A stretch of DNA of 63,250 bases, counting the filler. It is 8 parts of 8 records of this genome, joined end to end, with 100 filler letters (N's around TTAATTAATTAA, not from the genome) between each part and the next. Parts side by side here need not be neighbours in the genome. Positions count along the whole stretch, not along the records: positions 38,205 to 46,264 come from SRR31147125_30811; positions 46,365 to 51,420 come from SRR31147125_30817; 6 more parts are not named here. One strand, 5' to 3'. Within the stretch, counting starts at the first letter, position 1. Each line of letters starts with the position of its first letter. Below the pieces are notes generated by a model. That model saw nothing but the letters and a program-made list of their open reading frames with translations. It ran no database searches and was not told where the DNA came from. The translations under genes were made by a program, and so were the position numbers. Positions 41,342 to 51,373 of the stretch are shown one piece after another.

Positions 41342-42151
41342 TTAATCCACCAATACTTTTGTTCGTTGTTTCATAACGGATCTTGAACTGGTTGATCTTT
41401 TATTTTTTTGAGATGTCTTGCCTTTTTGTCCATTTTTCAGAGATCGAGATTCACGGGGGATGCGTTCACCACTTCTTATTGTGATTCCTTTATTCTGCAG
41501 TTTTTCCAAGATTCTATCCATCACACGATGACACTCGCCCTTTGGAAATCCGGTGATATCCATATCAATTTTTACACCATTAGATGAAGAAAATGTCTTT
41601 ACTATAACGGCTCGCCCGTCAGAATCGGCAAGAGAAAAAAGACCCACCCTATCGTTTACATTGTTGAATTTTTGTGTTGTAAATCCCTCTTCAGATGTTG
41701 TCTGGATAATTCGTTTGTTCACTTCATCAAATTGTATTTTTTGCATGGTCTTCGATGCATTTTTTAAGAGTCGCTGAAAACTTTTTTCATCATCCAATTG
41801 ATGTAAATTTTTAAGACCCTCCTCGTTCAAATAATAGCGCAATGGTGATGTATTCATTACAGCCAAATTTCTCATTCTATTCAAGTCTATATTATTCACT
41901 TTACTCATTGAAAATTGCGACAACTTTTTCATATTAGATTTGGCATTTTCTAGTGCTTCTTTGGGTGTTGAGATTTCATTCTCATCATTAGCTTCAACCA
42001 ATTTGACAAGTTCATCATATGTCTTTTTTGCATCTTCGGGTAAAGCATTGATTATTCGCTTCATCGCTTCAGCTGTTGCCAACGCAGCAGCCCCGAGACC
42101 GGCAATACAGGTCCCAACAATAAAAAGTCCATTTATAAAAAGTTCACTCAT
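41342..42151 (-). CDS. Hypothetical protein with N-terminal hydrophobic helix and DUF1257/DUF2997-like C-terminus
   Basis: EEGFTT..VKIDMDITGFPKGECHRVMDRILEKL; similarity judged by eye. Confidence 0.6.
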   Translation of the reverse strand: MSELFINGLFIVGTCIAGLGAAALATAEAMKRIINALPEDAKKTYDELVKLVEANDENEISTPKEALENAKSNMKKLSQFSMSKVNNIDLNRMRNLAVMNTSPLRYYLNEEGLKNLHQLDDEKSFQRLLKNASKTMQKIQFDEVNKRIIQTTSEEGFTTQKFNNVNDRVGLFSLADSDGRAVIVKTFSSSNGVKIDMDITGFPKGECHRVMDRILEKLQNKGITIRSGERIPRESRSLKNGQKGKTSQKNKRSTSSRSVMKQRTKVLVD

Positions 42152-42161
42152 TTTAATTCTC

Positions 42162-43181
42162 CTATAGTTTTTTGTTATTATCCTGGTTTAAATCGTCCAA
42201 AATTCTGCCAATGTTACTTTTTTCATCTTCATCAATATCCTCTTCCTCTTGGTCAATTTCTTTCGCATTCCCTGCTGTCTTAGGTGGAGGATCGGGTGTA
42301 TTGTTCTCCTCAGAAATGCATTCAGCTTGCACATCGTCATCATCATCACCACCATAAAATATGTTGAGCAAACGACGAAGAGCAGATGAGAGCGGGACAC
42401 TGACTTCATTTGTGTTGTTTTTTCGGTTATATATTTCAAGTTCTCTTAGATAGGCATCCCACATTTCACAAGCTCTTGCTGCAAAATCTTCATATAGGAA
42501 ATTTTCACTTTTTATTTTCCATCTCAGATATTTTAACCGGGGATAAAAGTAAAAGGAATAGTAGACAAATGAGAGGACGAATATACCGGCAATTATTTCT
42601 ATTGCCAGAAGAAATGCAGGTAAATAAAGCTGAATGAATGTGCTTTCTACTTGAATACCTGCTTCTTGCATGAGCTGAACACGTATTCGTGAGAAATTGA
42701 GCATCGCTGATATGAGTATGACTGAGATAATAATGCCAAACACAAACATAATCCATGATAAAGAAACGTTCTTTTTCCGACGATTAATAATCGTATCTGC
42801 AAGCGTATGATGTGAATAAGTAAGATTTGACGCTCTGGTAAATAGAGGGAAAAACGGTTCAGCAATGAGTGCTGAGGGTAATATTGCAAATAAAATGAGC
42901 GCTAAAGGTGGTATCCCCTGGAACCTTTGTCCAACCATTTCGTAATACATGGGCTGGCTGACAAGAAACTCAACAAATCCTGTGAGTAACCAGGTGAAAA
43001 ACATGACACCTGAAATAAGAACAAATATATTTGACAAGTTAGCTTGTTCCTGATGATGCTTTAGAAAATCCTGGATGATCTCTTTGAGCTCATCTAAACT
43101 TCTTTTTTTATCCTCTGCTCTTTGAGCCAAACTGTTCGCTTCATGTCCCAAAGCATGCGGAGGAAAATTTTTCTGTTCCAT
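42162..43181 (-). CDS. Four-TM membrane protein with acidic C-terminal tail
   Basis: Four hydrophobic segments; DDDDD and EEEDIDEDE tail. Confidence 0.75.
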   Translation of the reverse strand: MEQKNFPPHALGHEANSLAQRAEDKKRSLDELKEIIQDFLKHHQEQANLSNIFVLISGVMFFTWLLTGFVEFLVSQPMYYEMVGQRFQGIPPLALILFAILPSALIAEPFFPLFTRASNLTYSHHTLADTIINRRKKNVSLSWIMFVFGIIISVILISAMLNFSRIRVQLMQEAGIQVESTFIQLYLPAFLLAIEIIAGIFVLSFVYYSFYFYPRLKYLRWKIKSENFLYEDFAARACEMWDAYLRELEIYNRKNNTNEVSVPLSSALRRLLNIFYGGDDDDDVQAECISEENNTPDPPPKTAGNAKEIDQEEEDIDEDEKSNIGRILDDLNQDNNKKL

Positions 43182-43182
43182 T

Positions 43183-43887
43183 TTATTTCCTTTCCTGGAT
43201 ATCTTTTACTTTTAGTACATTTGCTGCTTCTAAATAGGATAATACCCCGCTGAGAGATTCAAACATTTTGACATCCTGGCCAAAAACAGATTTTGCCTTC
43301 TCTGATGCCATCCCAACTGTCAGGATGTCCACATCTGGAATATCTGTTGACTTTGGTAAAGTTTTATATTCTCCATCACTGATAATGACAAGGATTTTAT
43401 CCCATGTAGTAAATTGAGTCTCCTGAAACAGAAGGGAAAACCGTCGAAGACAACCAACAATATCCGATCCTTTGCTGTTCTTTTTCACATTAATTTTGTC
43501 CATTATGATAGTATATGCCTTTGTGTTCTCATCATCATACCTTTGCTTTAATTTCTTATTTTTAGAAATCTGCTGGCCTCTTTCAGTCAGTTTTCCCGAA
43601 ACAGGAATGGTATCCATTTTCAGGTTGAACCGTAAAAGCTCAGTGTAGCTGCTTGTCTTGATATGCCCGAAGGCAAGGACACCGCCTCTTTTACTAACAT
43701 GTCGCAATAATTCCCTTGTAAGGGCAGAGTCCAGGGCTGGCCATTGTTTCATCGAACCCGAAATGTCATAGGCTATGCCGAGGACGACGGGCAAATAAAT
43801 TTTCTTTTGGAGTTGTTTATTTTCAATTTTTTCCTGACATCCACCCACAAACGCAAACATGCTAAATAGAAAAATAACATTCTTCAT
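43183..43887 (-). CDS. Lipoprotein with vWA/MIDAS domain
   Basis: Lipobox VGG-C17; YDISGSM (DxSxS), SDI, IISDG. Confidence 0.75.
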   Translation of the reverse strand: MKNVIFLFSMFAFVGGCQEKIENKQLQKKIYLPVVLGIAYDISGSMKQWPALDSALTRELLRHVSKRGGVLAFGHIKTSSYTELLRFNLKMDTIPVSGKLTERGQQISKNKKLKQRYDDENTKAYTIIMDKINVKKNSKGSDIVGCLRRFSLLFQETQFTTWDKILVIISDGEYKTLPKSTDIPDVDILTVGMASEKAKSVFGQDVKMFESLSGVLSYLEAANVLKVKDIQERK

Positions 43888-43939
43888 AGTAATCCTCCTT
43901 CAATTGCTTGAATCTGGCACTAATTCAAGCACTCTCTTA

Positions 43940-44398
43940 TTAGCCCCATTCGAAGTAGTCTTTGTAATTTTTCAGATATTTTTCGAGTTTTTTAATTATT
44001 CCGCCCTGTCCTTTACTATTTCCATAAAATGCCTGTCTAACATTTGCTTCACTGCAACCTCGTTCTTGGGCAATGTCTGTCCAGTTATTTCCTTTTAAAT
44101 AGCTATTGAAAATGCCTTTTTGAGTAGGTGTAAAGTGCTGTTCAACAAGATCGAAGATCAGACGAATCATTGCCCTTCTTTTTCTTAACTTTCTCCTACA
44201 CCTTATTTCCTCATCATATTCGAGTTGTTTTACTTCCTCTTCACTCAGATAATGGTATTCCACATTAGGATCGATTCGAAATTTATTAGATTTTGAATAT
44301 GAAATAGTCGTCTGATAATTACCCCAGCGATCTGAAACGATTTTATACCTTGTGGTTTCCCATGTTTCATTATTTTGCAGGTATTCATACGGTGACAT
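43940..44398 (-). CDS. Sigma70 region-4-like HTH protein
   Basis: FTPTQKGIFNSYLKGNNWTDIAQERGCSEANVRQ; GGAG RBS. Confidence 0.7.
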   Translation of the reverse strand: MSPYEYLQNNETWETTRYKIVSDRWGNYQTTISYSKSNKFRIDPNVEYHYLSEEEVKQLEYDEEIRCRRKLRKRRAMIRLIFDLVEQHFTPTQKGIFNSYLKGNNWTDIAQERGCSEANVRQAFYGNSKGQGGIIKKLEKYLKNYKDYFEWG

Positions 44399-44558
44399 AT
44401 ATAATATCTCCAGCCTCTAAGTAATTTGCATTATTAAATTTTAATCAAGGCATATTGCTGCAACTTGACCATTGGCTTCGATTCGTAATAGACTTCAGAT
44501 TTCAGTTATTAAATTATTTCAAACCAAGCCTAAACATGTTCTTCTTTGATCTGTTTAA

Positions 44559-44575
44559 TGCAAAAATAATTCCAG
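44559..44575 (-). promoter_or_regulatory. Candidate sigma54 promoter of the 44398-38271 operon
   Basis: CTGGAATTATTTTTGCA, GG-N10-GC, between the bEBP gene and the first operon gene, correct orientation. Confidence 0.6.
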
Positions 44576-44744
44576 ATCAGAGACTGCCTACAAACAAAGA
44601 TATATTTCATTGATTATAAAAAAGTTAAAAACTTTTCACAACAGGGAGGACCAAATAGTCTTCGCCAAATTATTTGAAAACTTTTGGTTTTAATTTGCTG
44701 ATTATTTGAAGAATTGGGGAAAGTTTTATATATGAAGTGTTTTC

Positions 44745-46264
44745 CTATAGCATTTGTGCTCTATCATCTATATTTCTAATATAATATTTTGTACTGCGTC
44801 CACGTTTATCACATACAAGAATATTTTTTTGCATAAGTAGCTTAAAATCACTAACTGCAGTACTATCTGTAATCCTATATCTTTCTCTATATTCTCTATT
44901 TGTAATTTCGACTTTGTGTGATGTTTTACACAATTCAATAAAATCAATTAGCCTCCAATTCAATCCTTTGTAAAGATCTTGAAATTCTTCGGACGATACC
45001 ATATCATCATGAAGGGATTTTACCATTCCACGAGGAATATCATGAACTGTGATTTGATTTCCTGTAGCCATAATTAACCCACTCTTTACAGCGTTTTCGA
45101 GTTCGCGTATGTTACCTGGCCAATTATATTTTTTGAAAATATCCAATACGGATTTATCAATTTTAGTAATTGAAGGATTTTCTGCTTGAAATTTATGTAA
45201 AAAATAATTCGCTAGTGGCTCAATATCTTCAATTCGATCTCTTAATGGCGGAATTTCGAGTTGCACTACTTTCAATCTGTAATACAAGTCCTCTCTAAAT
45301 CTACCACTTTCGATTAATTTTAGAAGATCCTTATTCGTTGCTGCTATTATTCGAACATCAATTTTTATTGTCTTCGTTCCCCCTACTCGCTCGAATGTTT
45401 TATTTTCAATAATCCTTAATAGTTTACCTTGAGCACTAAAATCCATATCCCCAATTTCATCAAGAAATATTGTTCCCTTATCTGCTAATTCAAATTTACC
45501 CGGTTTTGTTCTATATGCACTAGTGAAGGATCCTTTTTCATGACCAAATAACTCACTTTCAACTAAAGATTCTTGGAATGCAGTACAATTAACCGTAATC
45601 ATTGGACCATCTTTTCTTATGCTTTGTTTATGAATAAGATTAGCGACAACTTCCTTTCCAGTACCACTTTCTCCTAATATTATTACCGTTGCTTCACTAT
45701 TTGATATTTTCTTTACTTTATCCAGCAAAGCAAACATACAGGGACTATGTACAATTATCTCATGGGGCAAGATAACTTCAAGTAATTTTTTTAAATTGTC
45801 ATGATAACCACCAGAAACTTGGTTTTTCTTATATATTAATTCCTTTATTAAAGCTTGATTCTGTGCTTTAAAAAGTAGCCATGCTATAAATGGCAAAGAT
45901 ACATCTTTTTGGGCATATTCCAGGATAAAACTTTTAATGTATTGCAAATTATTCTCATTTAATAATTTCAATAAAATTATTTTTGTAAAAACATTTCTTT
46001 TAACTTCATAAGAGTTAAGTCTTTCACCTAAATTTAATAATCCTGACAGCTTTGTTGACCAGATATGCTTGGGAATTCTGGACATATAAAGAGCGTCTAA
46101 AGTAGCAATAATGAAATTAACATTATCCGATTTTATTATCATATTCAAAATACCAGCTGGATCAAAATCTCGATTTAACAAATCAAGTATTAACGCTCTA
46201 AAGATAAAAAATGGAAGCTCAACATCTTTATAAATTACGGATGTATCGAAATTTATATTTTTTT
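44745..46264 (-). CDS. Sigma54 enhancer-binding protein with winged-helix C-terminus, 5'-truncated
   Basis: [32 protein letters not shown]-terminal ITNREYRERYRITDSTAVSDFKLL..GRSTKY; frame open to the contig edge. Confidence 0.88.
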
Positions 46265-46364
46265 NNNNNNNNNNNNNNNNNNNNNNNNNNNNNNNNNNNN
46301 NNNNNNNNTTAATTAATTAANNNNNNNNNNNNNNNNNNNNNNNNNNNNNNNNNNNNNNNNNNNN
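46265..46364. other. Artificial contig spacer
   Basis: N/TTAATTAATTAA/N linker. Confidence 0.99.
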
Positions 46365-46394
46365 TCGTCAGTTCGAGTCTGACTACCAGCTCCA
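46365..46394 (+). tRNA. 3' part of a tRNA (probably Thr; anticodon not visible)
   Basis: T-arm GTCAG-TTCGAGT-CTGAC, acceptor strand TACCAGC, discriminator T, CCA. Confidence 0.75.
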
Positions 46395-46435
46395 AAAAAA
46401 CCCTTGTAATCAGAGTGATTACAAGGGTTTTTGGT
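46381..46435 (+). repeat. Left att-like direct repeat (tRNA 3' end plus hairpin)
   Basis: GACTACCAGCTCCAAAAAAACCCTTGTAATCAGAGTGATTACAAGGGTTTTTGGT, repeated at 51368-51420. Confidence 0.85.
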
Positions 46436-46555
46436 TTTTGCTGAGTTTACATTCAATGAAGAAATTCCCGCCTTGTTACTATAAATAAAAGAGACACCCC
46501 TGTTTAGGCATAAAAACACAAGTCGCACGGATATGAAAATTCTCTCGAAGCTCTA

Positions 46556-47158
46556 TTATAGGCTTCGAGAGGGATAATCTAGATGCACTTCGCTTAGGCG
46601 GACCGGGAATGGACCCCAGTCACTATTTTCAAGATTAATACCTTGTGATAGAAGAAAATTCCTTAACTTTAGATGCTCCCTTATATCTTCAATTGAGTCG
46701 CAAAGTCCATTGGCATTTAACTTGCTAACTGTTTGATTAAATATTGCACATTCACCTTCAAGATAATCTGTATCCATTGTTAAATATGAGAAATTCACAC
46801 TATTCATTAGATCAAATCCAAGGGTTTCGATTTTTACTAAAGAGTCACTGGCTAATTGAGTATCAAGAGGACTCTCAACCATCAATATTCTTGTGCGAAT
46901 TCCCAAATCATCACATTGTCGGATATACCTTTGCAAATACTCTTTCTCTGGAACTACCTCAAATACTCGTTGATAAGCAAACCATTTATGCCAAGCTTCT
47001 TTATTTAAAGCTGTCGATATCCGATCATCAAAATCATCCAGAGGCCATGAGTCATTGCGCCCAATCCCCCGATAATTATCTCTTGATGGTGGATACATTC
47101 TGGTATTATTGTAAAGTGATTTTACAACATACCCATTGTTATAAAGTGCTTCTTTCAT
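46556..47158 (-). CDS. Hypothetical protein
   Basis: 200-aa ORF with GAGG RBS; no family recognised. Confidence 0.65.
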   Translation of the reverse strand: MKEALYNNGYVVKSLYNNTRMYPPSRDNYRGIGRNDSWPLDDFDDRISTALNKEAWHKWFAYQRVFEVVPEKEYLQRYIRQCDDLGIRTRILMVESPLDTQLASDSLVKIETLGFDLMNSVNFSYLTMDTDYLEGECAIFNQTVSKLNANGLCDSIEDIREHLKLRNFLLSQGINLENSDWGPFPVRLSEVHLDYPSRSL

Positions 47159-47269
47159 TTCTTTCGCCTCTTAATATGGAATTAATTCCGCTTGTTTACA
47201 ATCTCGATTTCACCACCAGCCAACGTACCTGATCCTAGAAGGTCTTGTTATATAAGGTAAGCCTGAGAT

Positions 47270-47702
47270 TTATAAAATCGTAATTTGTTCAACAATTATA
47301 TTTTCACAAATCACCTTGAGCTTACTAAAATCCCCCAACAAAAAACTAACAGTAAATAATTCTTCATTCCATTTACCTCCATTTGAAATGAAAGTATCTT
47401 TCACCTCATCAATGTAATTATCTTTTGTAGCATCATTAGGAATTTTTGCCCAGTCAAGAATTTCATCTTTTCGAGAAATTACATCAGCACCTCTATGAGT
47501 AAAGAGAAAATCAAATACATTATAAACCAGCATTATCCCAATTTGTGAAAAGAACATAAATACCCGCAATAAACTGTGTTAACAGTATATTGCGGGTTTC
47601 ATTATCTGAAGTAACCGTGTACTTCTCGACAGTTTTGCCACGGGAAGCAACGGTTTCTATAATTGGCAAATTATACAGATGATTGACTTTTTTATTGTGC
47701 AT
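47270..47702 (-). pseudogene. Fragmented hypothetical gene(s)
   Basis: Two overlapping short ORFs in different frames; the 3' one looks like a genuine acidic protein C-terminus. Confidence 0.35.
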
Positions 47703-47753
47703 ATTTAATATGTTAGATGGATGTAACTATTATTATGAATCGGAGAACCGCTG

Positions 47754-49799
47754 ATGGAACAAATAATACAGTTAATTGGACTGATTGTTGCGGTCTTATT
47801 TATTTTATTCAGCCTGGATGATTTATTCTGGGATGTGTTCAGTATAGTCCGCAGTATACGCTACGGCGGAACCGGCCGGCTGCCTATTGAGCATTTGGAC
47901 CAGGCGCCGCCAAAGCTTCTGGCTGTAATGGTGGCCGCTTGGCACGAGGGCAACGTCATCGGGCCCGTCATCGACAATATGCTCGCATCGGTACAGTATC
48001 CGCGATCCATGTATCATGTTTTCATCGGCGTTTATCCAAACGATGAATCGACAATTGACGCCGCCCGTAAGCTCGAGCAGAAATATGAAAATGTACATAT
48101 AGTTGTAAACACCCGTCAAGGCCCGACATGCAAAGCAGACAATTTGAACAGCATCATCCGGCACATCAAGCAGTTTGAACAAGATCGCCGCTGGCGGTTT
48201 TCCTCCGTGACCGTTCATGATTCGGAGGATGTCGTTCATCCATACGAGCTGAAGCTGACAAATTACCTTATTGATGATTACGCAGTGCTGCAGTTTCCCG
48301 TCATTCCGCTTCAGAAAATGCCTTCTCTGAGGCACGCTTTCCAGGGCATGACGACCGGTACTTATGCCGATGAGTTTGCCGAGAACCATTACAGGACTAT
48401 GGGTATCCGGGAGGCCATGTCCGCGGTCGTTCCCTCCGCCGGCACGGGTTTTGCAATTTCCCATACGATACTGGAGGATTACGGAGACGAGCCGCTGTTC
48501 CCGGAGGACAGTCTGACGGAGGATTACAAGCTATCGCTGACACTCTCAAAACAAGGATACAAAATCCATTATGTGCTTGAGAAGATCCCGCGCCTCACGG
48601 ACAGCGATACTGTTAGATGGGACTATGTTGCTACCCGGAGTTTTTTTCCGGACACCTTCCGGACAGCCGTCCGGCAAAAAACGCGTTGGATCTATGGGAT
48701 TACGATGCAAACGGTTAACATCTCCGACTTCTTCCGCCGCAGCAGCTTGAGCATAACGGGCAGATACTCACTTTACAGGGACCTGAAGGCCAAAATAAGC
48801 AACCTGATGGTTCTGCCGGGTTACCTCGTCTTTCTGTATTTTATCCTCTCGCTGTTTGTGGCTGTTCCCGTCATGTATCCGTGGCAATCGCTCGCCTGGC
48901 ACCTCTGCGTTGTTTTGACGATCCTGATGATTTTCCGCCAGTTGATGCGCGCCATATCTATTATAAATTTTTACGGCTTTAAAAGCATGGCCATATCCTG
49001 TCTGCTGCCCCCGCTTCTACCGATCCGGCTTGTTTGGGGCAACATCATTAACATGTCGGCAACATTTTGCGCGTGGAAGCAATATTTTCTCGGAACAGGA
49101 AAAAATAAAAAGAAGAAAAAGGTGGTTTGGAATAAAACAGACCATACGTTCCTGAATGAAAATGTTCTGTACCGTTACTACCGCCATGTCGGAGACGTGC
49201 TGCTCGAAAAGCAATACATTGACGTCAGCACGCTCAGCGACGCGCTACGGCAGAGCCGCGGTACAGGAACACGCCTGGGAGACGTGCTGCTCCGGCAGGA
49301 TATCGTATCGGAAGAGCAGCTGATGGAAGCCGTATCGAATGTTCAGCACCGGCCCTTTGCAACGAATATTCTCCAGCAAGACAAGACCATTTTCTCAAGG
49401 ATTGACCGGGATTTATTCAGGGAGCTTCTCGTCTGTCCTCTGTTTGAGGCGAACGGCGCTTATGTTTTCGCCGTGACTGATTTTTCACCAATAGAGGAGC
49501 TGCCCGGACAGCTTGGCATTCCGGCGGAAGTCCTGCGCTATGTTTATACGACTAAATCAAGCGTTCTCGAGGCGATTAATCGCCATAATTCTCAAGAGGA
49601 TCCAGACAGCGGGAGAATTGGCGCTTTACTCAGGCGGGGACGTATCACCTGGGAGCAAGCCGTGCTTGCACACGATAGGCGAGATACGTCACGGGACATC
49701 CTTTGCTATATGGGCCTTGAACCATGCGCCCAAGTTCAAGAATTAGTTACCGTCTCACCGGATCTATTCATGATGGAGGCTGGCGTTATTTGGTATTAA
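47754..49799 (+). CDS. NfrB-like GT2 glycosyltransferase with C-terminal MshEN c-di-GMP-binding motifs
   Basis: AAWHE, GVYPND, GPTCKADNLN, HDSEDVVHP, VPSAGTG, SLTEDY, RQKTRW, WNKTDH, RLGDVLLRQDIVSEEQL. Confidence 0.88.
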   Translation: MEQIIQLIGLIVAVLFILFSLDDLFWDVFSIVRSIRYGGTGRLPIEHLDQAPPKLLAVMVAAWHEGNVIGPVIDNMLASVQYPRSMYHVFIGVYPNDESTIDAARKLEQKYENVHIVVNTRQGPTCKADNLNSIIRHIKQFEQDRRWRFSSVTVHDSEDVVHPYELKLTNYLIDDYAVLQFPVIPLQKMPSLRHAFQGMTTGTYADEFAENHYRTMGIREAMSAVVPSAGTGFAISHTILEDYGDEPLFPEDSLTEDYKLSLTLSKQGYKIHYVLEKIPRLTDSDTVRWDYVATRSFFPDTFRTAVRQKTRWIYGITMQTVNISDFFRRSSLSITGRYSLYRDLKAKISNLMVLPGYLVFLYFILSLFVAVPVMYPWQSLAWHLCVVLTILMIFRQLMRAISIINFYGFKSMAISCLLPPLLPIRLVWGNIINMSATFCAWKQYFLGTGKNKKKKKVVWNKTDHTFLNENVLYRYYRHVGDVLLEKQYIDVSTLSDALRQSRGTGTRLGDVLLRQDIVSEEQLMEAVSNVQHRPFATNILQQDKTIFSRIDRDLFRELLVCPLFEANGAYVFAVTDFSPIEELPGQLGIPAEVLRYVYTTKSSVLEAINRHNSQEDPDSGRIGALLRRGRITWEQAVLAHDRRDTSRDILCYMGLEPCAQVQELVTVSPDLFMMEAGVIWY

Positions 49800-51373
49800 A
49801 AAGAAACTGGTTTGCAACCTTAACACTCGTACTTTTTGAAATTTGCCTGGCGTATGCCTTGTTCAGCGCTGTTCTTGATATATCCGGAACAAAATCTGAA
49901 ACGTTTCTATGGTACGGCGGGATAATATGCGGTTTCGCTGCCGTTTACACGACGATCCATTTTGGACTTAAAGGGCTGGCGCGTTTAAATCCAACGAAAC
50001 GGCTGCCCACGAATCGAAGCGTCAAAAATACGGAGCGCCTATTTGTCGCTGTCATCATATTAATAAGCGCCGCGCTCAGAACCTGGGTAATCATCAGGCT
50101 CCCGATTGAGCCTTCTTCCGATTATGAGACCTACTACCAAGTGGCTGTTTTGCTCTCCAAAAATTTGCTGGGGGCCTCGGGCTACAGCGGCTATATCGCG
50201 GAATTCCCTCATGTCATCGGATATCCATTTATCCTGTCGCTGCTTTTCAGAATTACCGGGCCGTCACTTCAAGCGGGCCTGTATCTAAATATGGCGGCAG
50301 GCCTGTTTTCGATTTTCCTGACCTATAAAATCGCCCGCCTGCTCGGCGGACGGCTGTGCGGCTTTGCTGCTCTTCTCGCGGCTGCTTTCTGGCCGTCACA
50401 GATTCTATACGGTGCTGTTCTGGCGTCTGAACCCGTATTTACCTGTATGCTGCTTCTGTGTATACGGCTATTTATTTATATGTGGAAGTACCCGGTTACG
50501 ACGGGGAATATTGAGGGCTCAATGTTTCTGTGCGTCATATGGGGTATCATGATTGCGCTTACCGCCGCCGTACGCCCGTTGGCCGAAATTCTTCTGATTG
50601 CGGCGCTGATCAGTTTATTGCCTCTCCGCGTGAGGTTTGATAGAAATGAGCGTATGCTGAGCGGAAGAATGAGCCGAATAGCCTGTCAAGGCTGGTTTCG
50701 CGGGATTGTTATTGTCCTGAGCTATTTCATTAGCGCCTGGCTTATCTCAGGAGCGATCTCAAATACGATCGCATACGAACTGCCGGGTTCCGGCGCGTCG
50801 TTCGGATATAATCTCATGGTTGGCGTCAACATTGACGCCAAGGGCGCGTGGAACCAGGAGGATGCGGATTATTTCGCCAACGAATTTGAGCTGACGAATT
50901 CCGCAGAGCAAGCGCACAAAGCCAGTGTTGGCGTTGCCCTGCAGCGTATCGGAGAAAACCCTCTGGGCGTTGCAAACCTGGCTTTTGAAAAATTCACATT
51001 TCTCTGGGGGAACGACGATTACGCATCCTACTGGACAACGCTGTTTCTGGATCAACAGGGGGAGCTGACGCCGGACCGCAACGAAATGATTCAATCTATG
51101 TCCCTCTGGAACGGTTATTTCTATCTCCTGAGCTTATTTTTTTCCGCAGCTCTGGGCCTGCGTCTGCTCCGCCGAAAAACCCTCAGTCAGTCGCAGGTGC
51201 TGATATTGCTCTTTTTAGGGACCGTTCTCCTGCATATGATACTCGAATCTCAGAACAGATATCACTACTTTATCCTGCCGGTTTTTATAATCCTCGCTTC
51301 CATAGAGGCCGCTGAAATGTACCGCGGATATGTCTCTGATACCGGACAACTCGGGATCGCCGATACAGACTAA
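49724..51373 (+). CDS. Polytopic GT-C/PMT-like membrane glycosyltransferase (true start probably near 49793)
   Basis: PSSDYETYY, GYPFILS, ASEPVF, VRP, ESQNRYH; many TM helices. Confidence 0.72.
   Translation: MRPSSRISYRLTGSIHDGGWRYLVLKRNWFATLTLVLFEICLAYALFSAVLDISGTKSETFLWYGGIICGFAAVYTTIHFGLKGLARLNPTKRLPTNRSVKNTERLFVAVIILISAALRTWVIIRLPIEPSSDYETYYQVAVLLSKNLLGASGYSGYIAEFPHVIGYPFILSLLFRITGPSLQAGLYLNMAAGLFSIFLTYKIARLLGGRLCGFAALLAAAFWPSQILYGAVLASEPVFTCMLLLCIRLFIYMWKYPVTTGNIEGSMFLCVIWGIMIALTAAVRPLAEILLIAALISLLPLRVRFDRNERMLSGRMSRIACQGWFRGIVIVLSYFISAWLISGAISNTIAYELPGSGASFGYNLMVGVNIDAKGAWNQEDADYFANEFELTNSAEQAHKASVGVALQRIGENPLGVANLAFEKFTFLWGNDDYASYWTTLFLDQQGELTPDRNEMIQSMSLWNGYFYLLSLFFSAALGLRLLRRKTLSQSQVLILLFLGTVLLHMILESQNRYHYFILPVFIILASIEAAEMYRGYVSDTGQLGIADTD

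Noticed and set aside
47204-47221. TCGATTTCACCACCAGCC as a third degenerate tRNA/att copy
   Set aside because: Match is too short and lacks the hairpin; could be chance
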